A stretch of DNA of 64,000 bases from a virus (taxonomy: Duplodnaviria > Caudoviricetes), in the IMG/VR virus record IMGVR_UViG_2061766007_000342, positions 193,909 through 257,908 of that record. One strand, written 5' to 3'. This document shows positions 20,230-28,763 of the stretch, piece by piece (the stretch's first letter is position 1; the number at the start of each line of letters is the position of its first letter). Below the pieces are notes generated by a model. The model was given only the letters and a program-made list of their open reading frames with translations, had not been told where the DNA came from and made no database searches. The translations under genes were made by a program, and so were the position numbers.

Positions 20230-21471
20230 ATGAGTAATGAAACACAATATTCTGTATTATATCGCGTCAGCTTGATTGCGAATGTAAATGGTTCCACATA
20301 TACCATTCCAACCAGTGACATCATTTCCATTTCGCTGTTACATAACTATGACGCATTAACATTTCCAATATGTCGTTTCAAATTAGAATCTGATATCTCA
20401 TTGATTCGGAATATCTTAGAATATCCTGATAATATTGAATTGGTTTGTTCATTAGATGCCAATGTATATGAGATGGACACGAATAACAACAAATTGAATG
20501 TGGTGAATGGTGCAAAAAATATCTCATTGACATTAAAAGGATATGCTGAAAATAAGAACATACCAACATCTACAATGGATCAATATGACGAAGGTGTATT
20601 GAAAACGGATGACTTGAATGTCAATCGTAAAGTACCCTATGAGTTATACGGATATAACCAATCCTTTATTTATGGTTTAAAACGTTTATCTGAAGCTGTA
20701 TATCACAACATTACTGTTCAAGATGTTATCACTGATGCATTGTCCCGTCAATCCATTCATAATATCAAGATACAATGTATTGAACAACAAACCAAGTTTG
20801 ATCAAATTATCATTCCTAACTTAGATATCATTCAAATGATTGCATACTTTGATTCGTATTATGGTTTATACAATACGGGCGGACAACTGTATGGTGATTT
20901 GGATAATGTCTTATACTTAACATCGTCTGATACATCAATGACAAATAACAATGTGGTTGGTATCCGTATCGAAGACTATAAGTCAAATTCTGATATGGGG
21001 GGATTACGTAAATATGGATCTGGTTATATGCCACATGTATTATACTCCAATGTCTCTATATTGACGGAAACGGATATTGAACGTGTATTGAATTCCGATT
21101 CATTGAATGCAGTCAATGTGAATACTGATGAAGTATTGAATGCTTCATTAAAAAAGATATATACCAATTCGGTGTTGACTGGTAAAGACCAAACACCAAA
21201 TATCTTACACAAACATGTCAATCCATTTGTTGCTACAATGAATGCTGCACGCGTGTTGGAAAAAACAACACAAGTTGATTTATCATGTACTGGTATGGAT
21301 ATTGGTACATTACATGTTGACACAAGAATCAACTTGATGTTTGATACCGCAATACGTGGAACGAATATGTCTGGAATGTATCGTATGTCTTATGCCAATC
21401 ATGTATTGCAATTGTTAGATGGTGAATTGTTTACGTCAACATCTACATTCAGATTATGTAAAAACAATTAA
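20230..21471 (+). CDS. Putative baseplate hub / virion structural protein
   Basis: Start reassigned to ATG 20230 behind AGGAGG. QIIIPNL...IAYFDSYYGLY and a C-terminal G-x-Y beta-barrel pattern resemble gp27-like hubs. Confidence 0.45.
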   Translation: MSNETQYSVLYRVSLIANVNGSTYTIPTSDIISISLLHNYDALTFPICRFKLESDISLIRNILEYPDNIELVCSLDANVYEMDTNNNKLNVVNGAKNISLTLKGYAENKNIPTSTMDQYDEGVLKTDDLNVNRKVPYELYGYNQSFIYGLKRLSEAVYHNITVQDVITDALSRQSIHNIKIQCIEQQTKFDQIIIPNLDIIQMIAYFDSYYGLYNTGGQLYGDLDNVLYLTSSDTSMTNNNVVGIRIEDYKSNSDMGGLRKYGSGYMPHVLYSNVSILTETDIERVLNSDSLNAVNVNTDEVLNASLKKIYTNSVLTGKDQTPNILHKHVNPFVATMNAARVLEKTTQVDLSCTGMDIGTLHVDTRINLMFDTAIRGTNMSGMYRMSYANHVLQLLDGELFTSTSTFRLCKNN

Positions 21472-21476
21472 AAAAA

Positions 21477-21505
21477 TATAATCGGGGGCATTGCCCCCGA
21501 TTATA
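21477..21505. terminator. Bidirectional terminator hairpin
   Basis: TATAATCGGGGGCA-t-TGCCCCCGATTATA between convergent genes. Confidence 0.7.
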
Positions 21506-21542
21506 CTTGATATTTACGCTCTATGTTCTACTACTAATTGCA

Positions 21543-22061
21543 TTACCGCAGACCTGTCAGGGATGTACCCAACAGATCAGACTGGTACTCCGCACCGACA
21601 TTATCCTGTGCAGATGCACGTGCATTCTCGTTCTTGACGAATTCACACAGTTCCTTCATCATCTGAGCAGCATCCGGGAGCAGATTCTTCAGTACAATCA
21701 GATTCTCAACAGGCTTTCTCTGCAGACCATGAAGCAGACCAAACAGCAGAAGCTGATTGATTGCAGGAATTGCATCGGAAATCTTGTTAACAGTATCCTC
21801 ATCGAACTTGGTGCCGATCTCACGACCACAGCACTTGCATACAAGCTTACCCTCATCATTACGCTGAGTAGCCAGAGAGAAGCCGCTACCATCGTACATA
21901 ATGTGTACACAAGATCTCTTCTGGATCTTTACATCATCGGGTTCATTATTACGACCATAGATTCTTGCCTGCTGTTCCTGGGACAGCTTGATCTTTGTCA
22001 TGTTATAGATAATCGGCTGAATGAGCTGATTAACGTCGGGATGAATTTTATTATTCAGCAT
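21543..22061 (-). CDS. Hypothetical protein with a Zn-ribbon-like motif
   Basis: CVH...CKCCG motif; codon usage typical of highly expressed genes. Confidence 0.6.
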   Translation of the reverse strand: MLNNKIHPDVNQLIQPIIYNMTKIKLSQEQQARIYGRNNEPDDVKIQKRSCVHIMYDGSGFSLATQRNDEGKLVCKCCGREIGTKFDEDTVNKISDAIPAINQLLLFGLLHGLQRKPVENLIVLKNLLPDAAQMMKELCEFVKNENARASAQDNVGAEYQSDLLGTSLTGLR

Positions 22062-22080
22062 GGTATAAACCCCCTTGAAT

Positions 22081-23076
22081 TTAATTGATCTTCAGGCTGA
22101 TAGCAACCTGTTTCAGATTCGGATACTGAGAACCACAATCCTTCGGCTGAATCAAGCATGTCTTCACATACTCAGCAGGAGATACAGATCCATAGACCCA
22201 TACCAACAGCTGCAGACACAGTGTTGGATCCATGCAGTTCAGTCTGTTGTAAATCCACTTTGTCATGGACTCAACAAGCTTGGTCTGGTTAACAGACAGC
22301 TTTACCCAGTCTGCTTTCTTCAGACGAAGAATACCTGCATACAGATACGGGAGCTGATCATTTGTCAACAGCGGACAATCGAATACATCTGCTGTGACTG
22401 CAATGTCGGAATCCAGCAACGCATATGCAACACTGTCATTACCCATTGCCAGCAGAGACGCTACTGCGATGACATCAGAATCAGACATCTTGACAAACTT
22501 ACTCTGAACGAATGCACAATGCTTCTTCAGAAGGAGTTTGCCGAGAGACATCATAGATTCCACGGTCTCCGGATCAACGTGGGATTTCAACGGTGCCTGT
22601 GCCTTGTCATCCTTCTTCTTTTCAGCCTTTGCTGTTTCGTTAGCCTCGTCATCAAGCTTCTTCATGTCCTCGAAGTACATTCTTAGTGCTTCACAAACGA
22701 ATGACCCAACAAGTGCATTTGCAAACTCATTGTTGTCATGCGCCAGCTGCTTCTCCAGCAGTGTCATGAAGTTCTTGTCGCGCATATGATGTGCAAGTGC
22801 AATCTTAAACGCAGACGCCTTATCATCTGCTTCAGGTGCAGAATTGATATAGGCAACGAGTCTTGGTGTACGCTGTACAATGTCGGAATAGAAGACATTG
22901 GAAGCGTCCTGGTAGTACCGCAGATACTCATCGGGTCTGGTGTTATCGGGTCTGACATTTCTTGCATTCATGTAAGATTCAAGAGACTGCAGAACGACAA
23001 TGTCCGATGCGATGACTTCTACGGGAATCGGATTATTGTTCATCATCGTATATGAACAACGACTTTTGTTTCTCAT
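22081..23076 (-). CDS. Hypothetical helical protein (start uncertain)
   Basis: 331-aa ORF with biased codons; no clear SD sequence. Confidence 0.6.
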   Translation of the reverse strand: MRNKSRCSYTMMNNNPIPVEVIASDIVVLQSLESYMNARNVRPDNTRPDEYLRYYQDASNVFYSDIVQRTPRLVAYINSAPEADDKASAFKIALAHHMRDKNFMTLLEKQLAHDNNEFANALVGSFVCEALRMYFEDMKKLDDEANETAKAEKKKDDKAQAPLKSHVDPETVESMMSLGKLLLKKHCAFVQSKFVKMSDSDVIAVASLLAMGNDSVAYALLDSDIAVTADVFDCPLLTNDQLPYLYAGILRLKKADWVKLSVNQTKLVESMTKWIYNRLNCMDPTLCLQLLVWVYGSVSPAEYVKTCLIQPKDCGSQYPNLKQVAISLKIN

Positions 23077-23245
23077 CCAAGTGGTTCTCTACGCCACAGA
23101 CAATGAGCTCTTACCGAGTGTCGCTCTCGGCTGACCAAGGGCGGAAGTATCATTGAATTGATACTTATGGATTTTTTGTATCTATGTGTGGACAGATACG
23201 TTGAAATTATATGTGTATTCGTCCACACATTTCTACCATAATGAA

Positions 23246-24325
23246 TTATACCCACTTGAACTTCTTATCTCCATCCTTGTTATCAACGATGGAAGCCTTC
23301 TTTTTCTTCATGAAGTTGGGTCGCTTGGAACGATTCATACCATTGGAAATACCACCGACATCATTGTACTGGGAATCAATTTCACGAATCTCCGGTCTGG
23401 GGAGACCTGCAATAATGACAGTTGCTTCACAGATACCATCATTGTCCGTCTGCTCGATATGGCGATACTCATCAAAGGTATGATGAATACGAGAACGTAC
23501 TTCATCAAATACAGACTTAAAGTCTTCAGATGCGAAGATGGATCTGAGAGAGAATGCAGACATGAATGTGAGACGACGTGCATCTTCTTCTGTCCACGAC
23601 GGCTGAAAACCTGTGAACATCTTTGCAGTAATTTCACGTGTCAGTTTCGGAATATCAGATGCCGTTGCAGTAATTGCAACAAATCTACCGGGAGTTGACA
23701 GTACAACATCCAGATCCTGATCATCGATAGAATCCTTGTCAGTATCATGATAACGTTTACCAAAGATGATCTCGATCATATCTGCAACAGCATTGTTGAT
23801 CGGACCATAGTTGGAATCGCCAGAACGATTACGAAACACATTATATGTTGTGACACCAATCTCGTCCAGTTCAATGAACAGGTCATTGGTGTTCAGATGA
23901 TATGCATCGGGATCATCCATTGCCGGACAAATGATCACCGGAATCACCTGGATGTCACGTTCGATAAGAGACTTACATAACGGAACAATCGATCCGGAAC
24001 CCGTACCACCTGCAGATGATGATACAACAATTACAGGGGTCTTGGAATTTTCTGCATCATTGTACATTTCATCAAATGCACCATTATCTTCATGATACTT
24101 GAACATGGCTGCACCACGCTCACGATCACGTCCAGAACCACACTTGTTATCTGCCATGATCGGAATATTCTTAATACGCTGAATAGAATCCAGTGTGACT
24201 GTATTTGTGACAGAGTCGATTGTATAAAGCTTTACGTCCTTTAAGCAAGATCTCTCAGTCAGTGTACGAACGATCATGCTTCCGGCATTTCCTGCTCCAA
24301 TAACCATATTTTCCATAATTAACAT
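23246..24325 (-). CDS. phuZ: Tubulin/FtsZ-family GTPase (PhuZ/TubZ-like)
   Basis: IGAGNAG, GSGRDRERG, signature SAGGTGSG, DDQD (T7-like loop), basic C-terminal tail. Confidence 0.85.
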   Translation of the reverse strand: MLIMENMVIGAGNAGSMIVRTLTERSCLKDVKLYTIDSVTNTVTLDSIQRIKNIPIMADNKCGSGRDRERGAAMFKYHEDNGAFDEMYNDAENSKTPVIVVSSSAGGTGSGSIVPLCKSLIERDIQVIPVIICPAMDDPDAYHLNTNDLFIELDEIGVTTYNVFRNRSGDSNYGPINNAVADMIEIIFGKRYHDTDKDSIDDQDLDVVLSTPGRFVAITATASDIPKLTREITAKMFTGFQPSWTEEDARRLTFMSAFSLRSIFASEDFKSVFDEVRSRIHHTFDEYRHIEQTDNDGICEATVIIAGLPRPEIREIDSQYNDVGGISNGMNRSKRPNFMKKKKASIVDNKDGDKKFKWV

Positions 24326-24345
24326 ATCCTTTCCTTGTGTAATAT

Positions 24346-24371
24346 GATACGGGGGTGATGACCCCCGTATC
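24346..24371. terminator. GC hairpin (terminator or attenuator upstream of tubulin)
   Basis: GATACGGGGGT-gatg-ACCCCCGTATC. Confidence 0.55.
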
Positions 24372-24382
24372 GTTATGTTGGA

Positions 24383-25093
24383 TTAAAACTTCTTAGCGTC
24401 ACCCTTGATGCTCTGCTTGATTGTAGATCCAGGAGTCAGCACAATCTGATCACCATTGAATACTTCAATTGTGAAGATATTATACATATTCACTTCACAT
24501 TTCTGTTCAATTGCAATCTGTACTCCGGCAGCATACATAGCTGCAACGACAATGAAGATTGTCGGAGCAACGATCATGTCGATACCATAATCCTGGACAA
24601 GCTTTGCAAATACAGCGTTCTCAATCTCTGTCAACGTCTCCGTGAGGTTCTCAGTTCTCCAAGAATTATACTTCTGGAGCAATGCATTCTTGAACGAAGA
24701 TCCGATCATGTCGGAATGTTCACGCATACGGAACATCGGGATTCGTTTGTGAATCAACTGAGGAACGATGTTGGTGTTCTTCTCATTCTCAGAGTATTCG
24801 GTTGTATACTCCATGGATACGCCACAGATATCAACTGCGAACTCAGGAGTATTCTGAGAAGCAACAAACGTGAGAATCTTCTCCCATGCTTCAACAAATA
24901 CGAATGGAAGCTGCTTCGGATTGGTGATCTTGAACTGGAACTCATTCCAAATCAGATTGGTTGCAATCTCGGGAATATCCGTGATCAGCATCTTGTCACG
25001 GACGAAGCCCTTCATGTTCAACCAATTCTCCTGGACGGTGGCGAAATGCTTCGCCAGTTCTTCGGGATTGTTTGCGTTTGGTGTTGTGCTCAT
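24383..25093 (-). CDS. Hypothetical protein, probably highly expressed
   Basis: RBS AAAGGAAG and strongly biased codons; first gene of the tubulin-containing block. Confidence 0.65.
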   Translation of the reverse strand: MSTTPNANNPEELAKHFATVQENWLNMKGFVRDKMLITDIPEIATNLIWNEFQFKITNPKQLPFVFVEAWEKILTFVASQNTPEFAVDICGVSMEYTTEYSENEKNTNIVPQLIHKRIPMFRMREHSDMIGSSFKNALLQKYNSWRTENLTETLTEIENAVFAKLVQDYGIDMIVAPTIFIVVAAMYAAGVQIAIEQKCEVNMYNIFTIEVFNGDQIVLTPGSTIKQSIKGDAKKF

Positions 25094-25177
25094 AATGAAC
25101 TCTTCCTTTCTGTGTGTGATTGATTTGATTTTGCTAACTGATTCATATCCAGAGTTGGGTATGAATACACGTGAAAA

Positions 25178-25205
25178 ATATAATTATTCAAAATAAAAAT
25201 ATTTT
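25178..25205 (-). promoter_or_regulatory. 28-bp motif, identical to 44887-44914; candidate phage RNAP promoter
   Basis: + strand ATATAATTATTCAAAATAAAAATATTTT occurs identically upstream of two minus-strand gene blocks. Confidence 0.6.
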
Positions 25206-25251
25206 GAAATTATATTTTTGATATGTAAAATAATGGTATGGAGGTTTTACA

Positions 25252-27771
25252 ATGAAAATTTTATATTTGAAATTAGTAAACTTTGCAGACGTGTATGCAG
25301 CAATGCATACGAATGAAATCGAATTTGATTTCAAAGACATTAACAAACCGATCATTCAGATATATGGTCGAAACAGGTCTGGCAAGACAGTGTTGATTCA
25401 GAAGTTACATCCATTCTCCAGTATTAATCTGAATGGTGATGATCGTAATGATGTTCCATTAATCATCAAAGGTGAAGAGGGAATGAAACAAATTGTATAC
25501 GAGATGAATGGTGACGTTTATCAGTTCACACATGTATACAAACCGACTCCATCTGGTAGACACACAGTATCTTCTTCCTTTATTAAGAATGGAACAGAAC
25601 TGAATGCTGCAGGTGGTGTTAACACGTTCAACCAGATGGTTGATCATGAATTCGGTATCAATAGGTATGTCTTCCAATTTGTTATTAACGGAACACAATT
25701 AACATCATTCGCGGGTTTAAACCAGAACCAACGTAAGACATTATTAAACAAAGCAATGGGGATTGACATCTATGATCGTATCCATAAGCTCAGTACGGAA
25801 GATTATCGTTATACTTCCAAACTGATCACATCATTGAACAATACAAAAGAATATTTGTTGAGTAGCTATGGTTCATATGAGACATTGAAGATGACATTAG
25901 ACAAGACAGAAACAGAATACAGTAGTATCACAAAACAAATGACAGATGTGAAATCCAAGATTGATCAATTCACCGGCGTGGTTGTTTCATTACAATCTCA
26001 AAACATTGAACAAAACTTGTATGATGTGAATACGAAGCTGGAACAATATGACACGGTTGTGAATAGTATTGGTTCATTTGATGCATTAATTTATGATCGT
26101 TTAGTTGATGAACAAATTCAATTGAATCAATCATTGAATGAGATGAATGCAAAGCGTATGGTATTACTGAAAGATCAAGATACCTTATATGAGAAACGTA
26201 ATCATATTCAAGATGAGATTATGATTCATCAACGTAACTCTCAAGAATATGATAAGTTAGTTAATATGAAGACAGAATTAACTGACAAAGTGAATATGAT
26301 GAATATTCCGTATGATATCGAAGCATCGTCGAATGCATTATTATCAACCATTCCATTGGCACAAGCTGTGAATGATACTGCAAAAGAAATCATATTGTGT
26401 TTGAATGATCATCATTTGGAGATGTTCTGTGATATGATTCTCAAGGGTGTTGATATATCCGGATTCTTAATCAAAGAAGGATCTGTATTAATGGATTCTG
26501 AAAAGGAAAAGAATACCATATCGAGAATCCGTCATATGTTATCAACCGTGCCGGGTGAACATATTGACTGTGGTCGAAATGAATGTTTGTATAAAAATAC
26601 ATTCGACCGTTTAAGCCAATACTTCAAATCATATGAATCCGTTCATGATGGTGGGTTTACACAATATGACTTAGAACAGTTTGAACATGCATTGAAGAAT
26701 TACCAAACGATTTGTCGTTTAATTAAATCACAAATTCCAAAAGAATTGGAATATGACTTTTCTGTCAATGCGATTGTTGAACAGATCAAATTGCGGAATG
26801 ATCCCATTGATGTTAATCATATCAAAGAATTGGCATCGATTGCAACAAACATTGAATTGCGTAAACAATACATTCATCAATTGTCGGAGATTGAACAACA
26901 TCTGTCTCGAATTCAGATGAACCAAGACATTGGTGGTAATCCCGATGAACAATTGAACAGTATCAATCAGCAATTGAGTGTAATCCAAAATGATGTGAAT
27001 GGTATGACAAATGACATTGAACAAATACGTGCCAAGTTAAACGATAATGAACAGAAACGTGTTCGATTGTCTTCTATTAAGAATATGGACATTAAAGATT
27101 TGAAGAAACGTCAAAAGCAATTGACTAAACATATGGAACAGTTGGTTGCAACTCGTAATGAACTGAATGACTTGAACATGGAATATCGCGATTTGGTAAA
27201 CAAAGCGGGTATGATGGAACAAAGCTTAAAACAGTTACGTGATGCAAATCAACAATACTTGAAAACAATGGAAGAGATTGCAAAGCACACGGTTATGGAT
27301 CAACGTTATAAGATCATATCCGAAGCAACATCTTCCACCAAGGGTAAACCGGTGATTGCTATTAAAGAAACCATGAATCAAGCATTACAAATGTCAAATC
27401 GATTATTGAATGTGATGTATGATGGTGACATTGAACTGTTAACACCTGTAATTGATGAAACATCATTTACATTACCATTCCGATGTGGGGTGAATACATC
27501 CGATGATATCAAGACTGGTTCTCAGTCGGAATCCACATTGTTATCATTGGCATTATCCATGTCATTAGCATCCATGCTGACACATTACAATGTATTCTTA
27601 TTGGATGAATGTGATGGTTATCTGGATATTGGCATGCGAGATGCTTATATTACAATGCTACAAGATATCATGTCAACATTGAAAATGGAACAAATGTTCA
27701 TTATTTCACATTCTATACAGCCTGGTCAATATGACTGGATTGTTCATACAATTGATATATCACATGATTAA
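25252..27771 (+). CDS. sbcC: SbcC/Rad50-like SMC ATPase
   Basis: Walker A GRNRSGKT, long coiled coil with a central Cys pair, signature GSQSE, Walker B LLDECDG, H-loop IISH. Confidence 0.88.
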   Translation: MKILYLKLVNFADVYAAMHTNEIEFDFKDINKPIIQIYGRNRSGKTVLIQKLHPFSSINLNGDDRNDVPLIIKGEEGMKQIVYEMNGDVYQFTHVYKPTPSGRHTVSSSFIKNGTELNAAGGVNTFNQMVDHEFGINRYVFQFVINGTQLTSFAGLNQNQRKTLLNKAMGIDIYDRIHKLSTEDYRYTSKLITSLNNTKEYLLSSYGSYETLKMTLDKTETEYSSITKQMTDVKSKIDQFTGVVVSLQSQNIEQNLYDVNTKLEQYDTVVNSIGSFDALIYDRLVDEQIQLNQSLNEMNAKRMVLLKDQDTLYEKRNHIQDEIMIHQRNSQEYDKLVNMKTELTDKVNMMNIPYDIEASSNALLSTIPLAQAVNDTAKEIILCLNDHHLEMFCDMILKGVDISGFLIKEGSVLMDSEKEKNTISRIRHMLSTVPGEHIDCGRNECLYKNTFDRLSQYFKSYESVHDGGFTQYDLEQFEHALKNYQTICRLIKSQIPKELEYDFSVNAIVEQIKLRNDPIDVNHIKELASIATNIELRKQYIHQLSEIEQHLSRIQMNQDIGGNPDEQLNSINQQLSVIQNDVNGMTNDIEQIRAKLNDNEQKRVRLSSIKNMDIKDLKKRQKQLTKHMEQLVATRNELNDLNMEYRDLVNKAGMMEQSLKQLRDANQQYLKTMEEIAKHTVMDQRYKIISEATSSTKGKPVIAIKETMNQALQMSNRLLNVMYDGDIELLTPVIDETSFTLPFRCGVNTSDDIKTGSQSESTLLSLALSMSLASMLTHYNVFLLDECDGYLDIGMRDAYITMLQDIMSTLKMEQMFIISHSIQPGQYDWIVHTIDISHD

Positions 27772-27782
27772 AAACGATGGAA

Positions 27783-27803
27783 GTGGGGGCTATAAGCCCC
27801 CAC
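27783..27803. terminator. GC hairpin terminator
   Basis: GTGGGGGCT-ata-AGCCCCCAC. Confidence 0.6.
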
Positions 27804-27887
27804 ATTTCCAAATCGTATAGCATACATAAAAAGTGACGATTTTTCTATTTTTTTAAAATTTGAAATATATATAATTAAAGTGTATAG

Positions 27888-28110
27888 GAAGGAAGAAAGC
27901 AAACCTTCCATATATAAAATCTGATGTATATCAGATTGCAAACCCGTTCCCAATGCCTCCGGGAATAGAAATATAGGACAGGCTTCCTGACTCAGTAGAG
28001 TTCAGGCTTGGGGTTAAAGCAATCGGATATTACACAGATTATCAACCCGAGATGCACGGGAAACAATACTGCATCCGGTTACGGAACATTTCGTATGTTC
28101 CCTCCACCGC
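27888..28110 (+). ncRNA. Multi-hairpin structured 5' leader (candidate cis-regulatory RNA)
   Basis: At least six consecutive stem-loops downstream of an ATATATAATT promoter-like motif. Confidence 0.45.
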
Positions 28111-28124
28111 AAAAGGAGTACACT

Positions 28125-28457
28125 ATGGCAGCTTTCGATTACACCCAGAATGCAGAAGCTTTCGCAGCCCTCAACACCGACCAGCAGGGCTTTGTCTTGA
28201 CGGGCCTGAATAAGGCCCACAACGATGCTGTCCGTGCTGAGCGCCGCGCCGAGCGCGCACAGCGCAGGGCAGACCGTGAGGCTTTCTGGGAGGCTCACAA
28301 GGGCCTCAAGACCGGCCTCATCGTAGCAGGTGCTGCAGTCGGAACCATCGTTCTGATTGGGACGGTATATTATATCGTCCGCAAGTTGAACGAGGATGGC
28401 AGCTGCGACTGCTCCCCCGCGACCGATGCTGAGAAGCTCATCTGCGGGCTCGTGTGA
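28125..28457 (+). CDS. Small single-pass membrane protein, GC-rich
   Basis: Start reassigned to ATG 28125 behind AAAAGGAG. Arg/Glu-rich helix, transmembrane segment GLIVAGAAVGTIVLIGTVYYIV, Cys-containing tail. Confidence 0.7.
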   Translation: MAAFDYTQNAEAFAALNTDQQGFVLTGLNKAHNDAVRAERRAERAQRRADREAFWEAHKGLKTGLIVAGAAVGTIVLIGTVYYIVRKLNEDGSCDCSPATDAEKLICGLV

Positions 28458-28470
28458 GAGGTGATCTCAC

Positions 28471-28548
28471 ATGACCATCAACGACGCAGATGACTTCATC
28501 GAGCTGCTGCTTGAAGTTCTCAGAGACTTCGGCAACGGCGGGGATTGA
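28471..28548 (+). CDS. 25-aa peptide MTINDADDFIELLLEVLRDFGNGGD, not in the ORF track
   Basis: RBS GAGGTGA, ATG 28471, TGA 28546-28548. Confidence 0.5.
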   Translation: MTINDADDFIELLLEVLRDFGNGGD

Positions 28549-28760
28549 GAACACGTCTAGTGTGTAGACGTTAAACACACACAGTCGTCAGCATGCTCAA
28601 TGCTGATGTGACTCTTCAACTACCTACACAGTGGGAGTTGACCCCTGATGGAGTTCAGGCGTATGGTTCGCGTAAGAATCACGGGTCCCGCTGAAAGGCC
28701 GGACAACAGATGACGTAAAGAGAAAAACAAAACCCCGCTTAATCGCGGGGTTTGTTTTTT
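28549..28760 (+). ncRNA. Structured 3' region with an H-type pseudoknot, several hairpins and a terminal terminator
   Basis: ACGTCTA-GTGTG-TAGACGT-taaa-CACAC, further stems, and terminator AAACAAAACCCCGC...GCGGGGTTTGTTTTTT. Confidence 0.5.
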
Positions 28761-28763
28761 GTA

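Noticed and set aside
27888-28760. Possible tmRNA, tRNA or hammerhead ribozyme in the GC-rich unit
   Set aside because: There is no acceptor stem, T-arm or CCA end, no tag ending in Ala-Ala, and no complete CUGANGA/GAAA core. Only a PK1-like pseudoknot is present.
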